Source of the DNA: a virus
Length of the DNA stretch: 64,000 nt
IMG/VR virus record: IMGVR_UViG_3300028392_000038
Location: 1-64,000 of that record
Direction: 5' to 3' (one strand)
Shown: positions 30,251 through 39,113 of the stretch, piece after piece
How the letters are laid out: every line of letters begins with the position of its first letter
Position numbering within the stretch: the stretch's first letter is position 1
Notes under the pieces: generated by a model
Told to the model about the DNA's origin: nothing
Seen by the model: the letters and a program-made list of their open reading frames with translations, nothing else
The model's database searches: none
Position numbers and translations under genes: made by a program

Positions 30251-31639
30251 TTAATATCTATTTTTTATTGCATTATAATTTTGAAGAACTTCAGCTCCGG
30301 TTAATCCTATTGAATAAACTCTCAATATTGATATTTTACCATTTGCAAATCCATTGGGAAGATTCCAACTAGCACAACCTAAAGTAATCTGAATATTACT
30401 ACTATTAGAAATACTCATTGATCCTGTTTGATATAAAACACTATCTAAATATATTCTAATAACTCCAGATATACTAGTTATCACAAAATGATACCATTGT
30501 CCGGTATTCATTGTTGGAACCGTCGCTGTTACATTTGTTGTTGTGCTATTACTATATATTGCCAATGATGTTGAATTTGGAATATATAAACACCAATCAA
30601 AATTAGATCCATTTGTATCTTTACCTATTAAAATTTGACCGGATGAGAATGAACTAGAATTAAACCAACCTTCTAATGTATAGTCAGTAATTGATAAATC
30701 AAATCCAGAATTATAAGACATTGTACCATAAGTGCTAACACCATCAAATACCAAACTACCACCATTTAATGAGCTATATACAGGACCATTTATTAATATA
30801 ACATCATTGTTATTAACTGTTAAATCATTCCAATTAGTCCCTGTTCCGGGATAAGATGTTGAGTTACCAGCATCTAAATTTAATATTAATCCAGTAGTTA
30901 TTATAGGGGGAATAGATGGAACAATAGGTGAAACTACATCAACAGTTTCTCTAAATCTTCTTACTGTTATATTGTAGTTTTCAGTTATCTCTAATTGAGA
31001 TAATGCTTTATTATAAACTAATAATTGTTCTATATTACCTTTATAGTAAAAAGTAGGTATTCCATTTCCTCTTCCTATTTCCAATGGATTACTTGTCACT
31101 TGAGCATTTATAGTTTGAGATACTGTAGTTGCATCAGAAACACCATTCAAATATATGTTTAATGATGTTCCATCCCAAACAAAAGTAAAGTGATACCAAG
31201 TATCAGTAGTTAAAGTAGTTGCACCTCCTATAGTGTTTATAGTAGCACCATCACTTATTGATCCTCTCAAATTAACACCTGTTGAATCCAAATCTACTTG
31301 GTAATCAAAATCAGATGCTGCGGAACCTATCCTTTTAGCTATAATAGTACCAAAAGAATTAGGAGAACTTGACATTTTTATCCAACCTGATATAGAACCA
31401 GTAGATGTCAACTCTAAACTTGTAGATGAAGACATAGTACCATATCCACTCATACCATCAAATATAATACTATTAGCTAGTGATATAGATGATTGTGTAG
31501 TTGAAAGTGAAGCATTGTTTGAGTTATTAGTTAGGTCATACCAGATATTAACTCCTGAAAATGACTTTTTATTAGGAACATCCAAATACAAGACCAATCC
31601 ATTAGTAACAATAGGTTTAAAAGGATAAGAGGTACTCAT
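30251..31639 (-). CDS. LamG domain protein (2 tandem domains)
   Basis: Two LamG units as above. Confidence 0.85.
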   Translation of the reverse strand: MSTSYPFKPIVTNGLVLYLDVPNKKSFSGVNIWYDLTNNSNNASLSTTQSSISLANSIIFDGMSGYGTMSSSTSLELTSTGSISGWIKMSSSPNSFGTIIAKRIGSAASDFDYQVDLDSTGVNLRGSISDGATINTIGGATTLTTDTWYHFTFVWDGTSLNIYLNGVSDATTVSQTINAQVTSNPLEIGRGNGIPTFYYKGNIEQLLVYNKALSQLEITENYNITVRRFRETVDVVSPIVPSIPPIITTGLILNLDAGNSTSYPGTGTNWNDLTVNNNDVILINGPVYSSLNGGSLVFDGVSTYGTMSYNSGFDLSITDYTLEGWFNSSSFSSGQILIGKDTNGSNFDWCLYIPNSTSLAIYSNSTTTNVTATVPTMNTGQWYHFVITSISGVIRIYLDSVLYQTGSMSISNSSNIQITLGCASWNLPNGFANGKISILRVYSIGLTGAEVLQNYNAIKNRY

Positions 31640-31640
31640 A

Positions 31641-34600
31641 TTATTTTTCTATTATAATTTTAGGTATATCTTTTCTTTCAGCATATACTACATAATAACA
31701 ATTAGGATAACCACCATTATCTGATTTAACATAAACTTTATTATCTTCTACCTTTTCAACAAATAATCTTTGATATGATCCAAAAGGAGTCAATTCAACA
31801 CTAATTGTAGAATTATCAACTAAATCAACCCAATAATAAGGAAGTTCTATAATATGTCCATTTAATTTACCTCTATAATAAACACCATATTCAGGTCCCT
31901 CTAATGATCCATAAGTTAATCTCTTAGTAGGATCAGAAGGGTGAACAATATCAAATGATTTTGATATAGCAAAGAACTTTCCTTGTACATTAACATCACC
32001 AAGAACATCAACTTTGAAAGGACTACCAGTAGAAGGAACAAGACCAATACCAACATTAACACCATCATCCCATATAGAACTAGTAGATGATAAAGTAGTA
32101 GATGATGTATAATATGGAGTGTAATTAGTAACACCTGTTAAAGAAACAGATGATCCACTTGATCCAGATGATCCATTAGATCCTGATGATCCATTAGATC
32201 CTGATGATCCACTTGATCCAGATGATCCACTTGATCCAGATGATCCACTCGATCCAGATGATCCACTTGATCCAGAAGTACCATTAGTTCCGTCAGTACC
32301 ATTAACACCAGATAAACCAGATGTTCCACTTGATCCAGAAGTACCAGAAGAGCCGGATGTACCAGATGATCCAGAAGTACCAGATGATCCAGATGTACCA
32401 TTTGATCCATCAATACCATTTACACCACTAATACCTGATGATCCAGAAGTACCAGATGATCCAGAAGTACCAGATGATCCAGAAGTACCAGATGATCCAC
32501 TTGTACCAGAAGAGCCGGATGTACCAGAAGAGCCGGATGTACCAGATGATCCAGAAGTACCAGATGATCCAGAAGTACCAGAAGAGCCGGATGTACCAGA
32601 AGAGCCGGATGTACCAGATGATCCAGAAGTACCAGATGATCCAGAAGTACCAGATGATCCAGAAGTACCAGATGATCCAGAAGTACCAGATGATCCAGAA
32701 GTACCAGATGATCCAGAAGTACCACTTGATCCACTTGTACCGGAACTACCAGATGTACCATTAGATCCATCAATACCATTCACTCCACTGATACCACTTG
32801 ATCCACTTGTACCTGATGATCCACTTGTGCCTGATGATCCAGATGTTCCACTTGATCCACTTGTGCCTGATGATCCAGATGTTCCACTTGATCCACTTGT
32901 GCCAGAAGAACCAGATGTTCCACTTGATCCAGAAGTACCAGATGATCCAGATGTACCAGATGAACCAGAAGTACCACTTGAGCCGCTCGTACCAGATGAT
33001 CCAGAAGTACCACTTGATCCACTTGTACCAGATGATCCAGAAGTACCACTTGATCCACTTGTACCAGATGAACCAGATGTTCCACTTGATCCAGATGTAC
33101 CAGAAGAACCAGAAGTACCTGATGATCCACTTGTACCGGAACTACCAGATGTACCTGATGATCCACTTGATCCAGAAGTACCATTTGTACCATCTGTTCC
33201 ATCTATACCAGATAATCCAGAAGTACCACTTGATCCACTTGATCCAGATGATCCAGATGATCCAGATGTACCAGATGAACCACTTGTACCTGATGATCCA
33301 GATGTTCCACTTGATCCAGATGTACCATTAGATCCATCAATACCATTCACTCCACTGATACCACTTGAGCCGCTCGTACCTGATGATCCACTTGTACCAG
33401 ATGTACCTGATGATCCACTTGTACCAGATGTACCTGATGATCCACTTGTACCTGATGATCCACTTGTACCTGATGATCCACTTGTACCAGAAGTACCAGA
33501 TGATCCAGAAGTACCAGATGATCCACTTGTACCAGATGATCCACTTGTACCAGATGATCCACTTGTACCAGATGATCCACTTGTACCAGAAGTACCAGAT
33601 GATCCACTTGTACCAGATGATCCAGAAGTACCATTTGATCCATCAATACCATTTACACCGCTAATACCAGAAGATCCAGATGTTCCACTTGATCCAGATG
33701 TACCAGATGATCCAGAAGTACCACTTGATCCAGATGAACCAGATGAACCAGATGTACCTGAACTACCACTTGTACCGGATGATCCAGATGATCCAGAAGA
33801 ACCAGATGTACCTGAACTACCACTTGTACCGGATGATCCAGATGTACCACTTGATCCAGATGTACCTGAACTACCACTTGTACCGGATGATCCAGAAGTA
33901 CCAGATGATCCACTTGATCCACTTGATCCACTTGTACCGGAACTACCAGATGTACCATTTGATCCATCAATACCATTTACACCGCTAATACCAGATGATC
34001 CACTTGAACCAGATGTTCCACTTGTACCAGATGATCCACTTGTACCAGATGATCCACTTGATCCAGAAGAACCAGATGATCCACTTGAACCAGATGTTCC
34101 ACTTGTACCAGATGATCCACTTGTACCAGATGATCCACTTGATCCAGAAGTACCTGATGATCCACTTGTACCAGAAGTACCAGATGATCCAGAACTACCT
34201 GAACTACCACTTGATCCAGAAGTACCTGAACTACCACTTGTACCGGAAGATCCACTTGTTCCATTTGATCCATCAATACCATTAACACCGCTAACTCCAG
34301 AGGATCCACTTGTACCAGATGTACCAGATGAACCACTTGTACCAGATGATCCAGAAGTACCAGATGATCCAGAAGTACCAGATGATCCAGAAGTACCAGA
34401 TGATCCAGATGTACCAGATGATCCAGAAGTACCAGATGTTCCAGATGATCCAGATGTTCCAGATGATCCAGATGTACCGGATGATCCACTTGTGCCATTA
34501 GACCCGTCAATACCATTCACTCCACTGACACCAGAAGATCCAGAAGTACCAGATGATCCACTTGAACCAGAAGTTCCGGATGATCCACTCGTGCCAGATG

Positions 34601-37600
34601 AACCAGAAGATCCACTTGTACCAGAAGATCCACTTGTACCAGATGATCCAGAAGTACCTGAACTACCACTTGTACCACTTGATCCAGATGTACCAGAAGA
34701 ACCAGATGTACCACTTGATCCAGATGTACCAGAAGAACCAGAAGAACCAGAAGAACCAGATGTACCACTTGATCCAGAAGAACCAGATGTACCACTTGAT
34801 CCAGAAGTACCAGATGTTCCACTTGATCCAGATGTACCAGAAGAACCAGATGTACCAGATGTACCACTTGATCCAGAAGTACCAGATGTACCACTTGATC
34901 CAGAAGTACCAGATGTTCCACTTGATCCAGATGTACCAGATGTACCACTTGATCCAGAAGTACCTGATGTTCCACTTGATCCAGATGTACCTGATGATCC
35001 AGATGTACCTGATGATCCAGATGTACCTGATGACCCAGAAGTACCAGAAGATCCACTTGTACCTGATGATCCAGATGATCCAGAAGTACCTGATGACCCA
35101 GAAGTACCAGATGATCCAGAAGAACCGCTTGATCCAGAAGAACCGCTTGTACCTGATGATCCACTTGATCCAGATGTACCATTTGATCCATCAATACCAT
35201 TTACACCGCTAATACCAGATGATCCAGATGAACCGCTTGTACCAGAAGAACCAGATGATCCACTTGTACCAGATGATCCACTTGATCCAGAAGTACCAGA
35301 AGATCCACTTGTACCTGATGATCCAGAAGAACCAGATGTACCGGATGTACCTGATGAACCACTTGATCCAGATGTTCCACTTGACCCAGATGTACCAGAA
35401 GAACCACTTGTACCAGATGTTCCACTTGATCCTGAAGATCCACTTGTACCAGAAGAACCGGATGTACCAGAAGTACCAGATGATCCAGAAGTACCAGATG
35501 ACCCACTTGTACCAGAAGTACCCGATGATCCAGAAGACCCACTTGTACCAGAAGTACCCGATGATCCTGCTGATCCACTAGATCCTGCTTGAGCTAAAAG
35601 ATTCCAATATGCCAAATTGATTGGATATGGTCCATATGATGGAGCAATACAAATATAAGATGAACCATTATATTGTACAACATCATTGATGCTAAAACTA
35701 TGGTTTATATCCCAATCTCCATACCAATGAATAGAAGTACCTGAACTACCACTTGTACCAGATGATCCAGAAGTACCAGATGATCCAGAAGTACCAGATG
35801 ATCCAGAAGTACCGGATGATCCAGATGATCCAGATGTACCTGATGATCCACTTGTACCGGATGAACCACTTGTACCAGATGATCCAGAAGTACCAGATGA
35901 TCCAGAAGTACCGGATGATCCAGATGATCCAGATGTACCGGATGAACCACTTGTACCGGATGATCCAGATGATCCAGAAGTACCAGATGTACCGGATGAT
36001 CCAGATGTACCGGATGATCCACTTGTGCCATTAGACCCGTCAATACCATTCACTCCACTGACACCAGAAGATCCAGAAGTACCAGAAGTACCAGATGATC
36101 CACTTGATCCAGAAGTACCAGATGATCCACTTGTACCAGAAGATCCGGAAGTACCTGATGATCCAGAAGTACCAGATGATCCACTTGATCCAGATGTACC
36201 AGATGTACCAGATGATCCAGATGTACCAGAAGATCCAGAAGTACCAGATGAACCAGAAGTACCGGATGTACCTGAAGTACCACTTGATCCAGATGTACCA
36301 GAAGAACCAGATGTCCCACTTGATCCAGATGTACCAGAAGAACCAGAAGAACCAGAAGTACCTGATGATCCACTTGTACCAGAAGATCCAGAAGTACCTG
36401 ATGATCCACTTGTACCGGAACTACCAGATGTACCACTTGATCCAGAAGTACCGGATGAACCACTTGTACCGGAAGAACCACTTGATCCAGATGTACCATT
36501 TGATCCATCAATACCATTCACACCACTAACTCCAGATGATCCAGATGTACCGGATGAACCAGAAGTACCACTTGATCCAGATGTACCAGAAGAACCAGAA
36601 GATCCAGAAGTACCAGATGATCCACTTGTACCAGATGATCCACTTGTACCAGATGATCCACTTGTACCAGATGATCCACTTGTACCAGATGATCCACTTG
36701 TACCAGATGATCCACTTGTACCAGATGATCCACTTGTACCTGATGATCCACTTGTACCTGATGATCCACTTGTACCTGATGATCCACTTGTACCACTTGA
36801 TCCAGAAGTACCTGATGATCCACTTGTACCAGATGATCCACTTGTACCAGATGATCCACTTGTACCAGATGATCCGGAAGTACCAGAAGTACCAGATGAT
36901 CCACTTGTACCTGATGATCCAGATGATCCAGAAGTACCAGATGATCCACTTGTACCAGAAGAACCAGATGATCCAGAAGATCCAGAAGTACCTGATGATC
37001 CGGAAGTACCAGATGATCCACTTGTACCAGATGATCCAGATGATCCAGATGTACCACTTGTACCTGAACTACCAGAAGTACCTGATGATCCACTTGATCC
37101 ACTTGTACCAGAAGATCCACTTGATCCAGAAGTACCGGAAGATCCAGAAGTACCTGAACTACCACTTGTACCTGAACTACCAGAAGTACCTGATGATCCA
37201 GATGAACCACTTGTACCTGATGTTCCAGAAGTACCTGATGATCCACTTGTACCGGAGGATCCACTTGTTCCATTTGATCCATCAATACCATTAACACCGC
37301 TAACTCCAGAGGATCCACTTGTACCACTTGATCCAGATGATCCAGAAGTACCGGATGATCCAGAAGTACCGGATGATCCAGATGAACCACTTGTACCTGA
37401 TGTTCCAGAAGTACCAGATGATCCGGATGTGCCTGAACTACCACTTGTACCACTTGATCCAGAAGTACCAGATGATCCAGAAGATCCAGAAGATCCACTT
37501 GTACCAGATGTACCAGAAGATCCAGAAGTACCTGAACTACCACTTGTACCAGAAGAACCAGATGATCCAGAAGATCCAGAAGTACCTGATGATCCAGATG

Positions 37601-38987
37601 ATCCACTTGTACCACTTGATCCAGAAGTACCACTTGATCCAGAAGTACCGGATGATCCAGAAGTACCGGATGATCCAGAAGTACCGGATGATCCAGAAGT
37701 ACCGGATGATCCAGAAGTACCGGATGATCCAGAAGTACCGGATGATCCAGAAGTACCAGTTGATCCAGAAGTACCAGTTGATCCAGAAGTACCACTTGAT
37801 CCAGAAGTACCACTTGATCCAGAAGTACCACTTGATCCAGAAGTACCACTTGATCCAGAAGTACCGGATGATCCACTTGTACCATTAGACCCGTCAATAC
37901 CATTCACTCCACTGACACCAGAAGAACCAGAAGTACCAGATGATCCAGATGAACCAGAAGTACCGGATGATCCACTTGTACCGGATGACCCAGAAGTACC
38001 TGATGATCCAGAAGTACCAGAAGAACCAGAAGATCCGCTTGTACCACTTGTACCACTTGTACCTGATGATCCAGAAGTACCGGATGATCCAGAAGTACCT
38101 GATGATCCACTTGATCCAGAAGTACCTGATGATCCACTTGATCCAGAAGTACCTGATGATCCACTTGATCCAGATGTACCTGATGATCCACTTGATCCAG
38201 ATGTACCTGATGATCCACTTGTACCTGATGTTCCAGAAGTACCAGATGATCCGGATGTGCCTGAACTACCACTTGTACCTGATGTTCCAGAAGTACCAGA
38301 TGATCCGGATGTGCCTGAACTACCACTTGTACCGGATGTACCTGAACTACCACTTGTACCGGATGTACCACTTGTACCGGATGATCCAGATGTTCCACTT
38401 GTACCGGATGATCCGCTTGTACCACTTGATCCAGAAGAACCAGATGTTCCAGATGATCCAGAAGTACCTGAACTACCACTTGTACCAGAAGAACCAGATG
38501 ATCCAGATGATCCAGAAGTACCTGAACTACCACTTGATCCAGATGTACCATTTGATCCATCAATACCATTCACACCACTAACTCCAGAAGAACCAGATGT
38601 TCCAGAAGTACCTGAAGTACCTGAAGTACCAGAAGTACCAGAAGTACCAGAAGTACCTGATGATCCATCAAGACCACCTATTAACCAATTAGAACCATTA
38701 CTAGTTAAATATAAACTATCATATTGAGAGAGTGTTTTTGTTAAAGATCCATCTATAGTTTGAGAAGAAGTAGTATTAACTGTAATAACACCACTACCAC
38801 TATTTTTTACAATATAAAACTTACCTGCTACACCAACTGATGTTGGTAAAGTAACATTAAATGTCCCAGAACAATCTATAAAATGATCATTAACTCCTAT
38901 TACATAGGCTGTTATTGTTGAATAATAAGGGAACGTAATTCCACCTAAAGATATAATACCGCGTCTAGTGACGAATTCATTAGCCAT
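31641..38987 (-). CDS. Giant proline-free Gly-X-Y (GSS/GTS) fibre protein with a central CBM5/12-like module and a fibre-type C-terminal domain
   Basis: 2448 aa, of which about 2100 are G-S/T-S triplets. W.G.W....F..NDVV.Y.GSSY module at about 35590-35735. C-terminal KSFDIVHP...L.YGSLEGPE.GVYYRG domain. Confidence 0.8.
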   Translation of the reverse strand: MANEFVTRRGIISLGGITFPYYSTITAYVIGVNDHFIDCSGTFNVTLPTSVGVAGKFYIVKNSGSGVITVNTTSSQTIDGSLTKTLSQYDSLYLTSNGSNWLIGGLDGSSGTSGTSGTSGTSGTSGTSGTSGSSGVSGVNGIDGSNGTSGSSGSSGTSGSSGSSGSSGTSGSSGTSGSSGTSGSSGSSGTSGSSGTSGTSGSSGTSGTSGTSGSSGTSGTSGSSGTSGSSGTSGTSGTSGSSGTSGSSGTSGTSGTSGSSGTSGSSGSSGTSGSSGSSGTSGSSGSSGTSGSSGSSGTSGSSGTSGSSGTSGTSGTSGSSGSSGTSGSSGTSGSSGTSGSSGTSGSSGSSGTSGSSGVSGVNGIDGSNGTSGSSGTSGSSGTSGSSGTSGSSGTSGSSGTSGSTGTSGSTGTSGSSGTSGSSGTSGSSGTSGSSGTSGSSGTSGSSGTSGSSGTSGSSGTSGSSGSSGTSGSSGSSGSSGTSGSSGTSGSSGTSGTSGSSGSSGSSGTSGSSGTSGSSGTSGSSGTSGTSGTSGSSGSSGTSGSSGTSGSSGSSGTSGSSGVSGVNGIDGSNGTSGSSGTSGSSGTSGTSGTSGSSGSSGTSGSSGTSGSSGTSGSSGTSGSSGSSGTSGSSGSSGTSGSSGTSGTSGSSGSSGTSGSSGTSGSSGTSGSSGSSGSSGTSGSSGTSGSSGSSGTSGSSGTSGTSGSSGTSGSSGTSGSSGTSGSSGTSGSSGTSGSSGTSGSSGTSGSSGTSGSSGTSGSSGTSGSSGTSGSSGTSGSSGTSGSSGTSGSSGTSGSSGSSGTSGSSGTSGSSGTSGSSGVSGVNGIDGSNGTSGSSGSSGTSGSSGTSGSSGTSGSSGTSGSSGTSGSSGTSGSSGTSGSSGSSGTSGSSGTSGSSGTSGSSGTSGTSGTSGSSGTSGSSGTSGSSGTSGTSGSSGSSGTSGSSGTSGSSGTSGSSGTSGSSGSSGTSGTSGSSGVSGVNGIDGSNGTSGSSGTSGSSGTSGTSGSSGSSGTSGSSGTSGSSGSSGTSGSSGTSGSSGTSGSSGTSGSSGTSGSSGSSGTSGSSGTSGSSGTSGSSGTSGSSGTSIHWYGDWDINHSFSINDVVQYNGSSYICIAPSYGPYPINLAYWNLLAQAGSSGSAGSSGTSGTSGSSGSSGTSGTSGSSGTSGSSGTSGTSGSSGTSGSSGSSGTSGTSGSSGTSGSSGTSGSSGSSGTSGTSGSSGSSGTSGSSGTSGSSGSSGTSGSSGSSGTSGSSGSSGISGVNGIDGSNGTSGSSGSSGTSGSSGSSGSSGSSGTSGSSGTSGSSGSSGTSGSSGTSGSSGTSGSSGTSGSSGTSGSSGTSGTSGSSGTSGTSGSSGTSGTSGSSGTSGTSGSSGTSGTSGSSGTSGSSGTSGTSGSSGTSGSSGSSGTSGSSGSSGSSGTSGSSGTSGSSGTSGSSGTSGSSGTSGSSGTSGSSGTSGSSGSSGTSGSSGTSGSSGSSGTSGSSGVSGVNGIDGSNGTSGSSGTSGSSGTSGSSGTSGTSGSSGTSGSSGTSGSSGTSGSSGTSGSSGTSGSSGTSGTSGSSGVSGVNGIDGSNGTSGSSGTSGSSGTSGSSGSSGSSGSSGTSGTSGSSGTSGSSGSSGTSGSSGTSGTSGSSGSSGSSGSSGSSGTSGSSGTSGTSGSSGSSGISGVNGIDGSNGTSGSSGTSGSSGSSGSSGTSGSSGTSGSSGTSGSSGTSGSSGTSGSSGTSGSSGSSGSSGTSGSSGTSGSSGSSGSSGTSGSSGTSGSSGTSGSSGISGVNGIDGSNGTSGSSGTSGSSGTSGTSGSSGTSGSSGTSGSSGTSGSSGTSGSSGTSGTSGSSGTSGSSGTSGSSGTSGTSGSSGTSGTSGSSGTSGSSGISGVNGIDGSNGTSGSSGTSGSSGTSGSSGTSGSSGSSGSSGSSGTSGLSGIDGTDGTNGTSGSSGSSGTSGSSGTSGSSGTSGSSGTSGSSGTSGSSGTSGSSGTSGSSGTSGSSGTSGSSGTSGSSGTSGSSGTSGSSGTSGSSGTSGSSGTSGSSGTSGSSGTSGSSGTSGSSGTSGSSGTSGSSGISGVNGIDGSNGTSGSSGTSGSSGTSGSSGTSGSSGTSGSSGTSGSSGTSGSSGTSGSSGTSGSSGTSGSSGTSGSSGTSGSSGTSGSSGTSGSSGTSGSSGTSGSSGTSGSSGTSGSSGISGVNGIDGSNGTSGSSGTSGSSGTSGSSGTSGSSGTSGLSGVNGTDGTNGTSGSSGSSGSSGSSGSSGSSGSSGSSGSNGSSGSNGSSGSSGSSVSLTGVTNYTPYYTSSTTLSSTSSIWDDGVNVGIGLVPSTGSPFKVDVLGDVNVQGKFFAISKSFDIVHPSDPTKRLTYGSLEGPEYGVYYRGKLNGHIIELPYYWVDLVDNSTISVELTPFGSYQRLFVEKVEDNKVYVKSDNGGYPNCYYVVYAERKDIPKIIIEK
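32150..38670 (-). repeat. 9/18-bp degenerate coding microrepeat (GSS/GTS) with about 15 interspersed GVSGVNGIDGSNG-type units
   Basis: Directly visible in the sequence. Confidence 0.95.
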
Positions 38988-39113
38988 CTATCAATTTTTT
39001 TCTTTTTTCACTCTCCAAAAGAAAAGTCGTTTAAGCAGAATAACTCCACTTGTTGTATATATAAAATTGTAAATGCTTATTTTAGGAATATAGTTGAAAA
39101 TTAAGTAGAAAAA

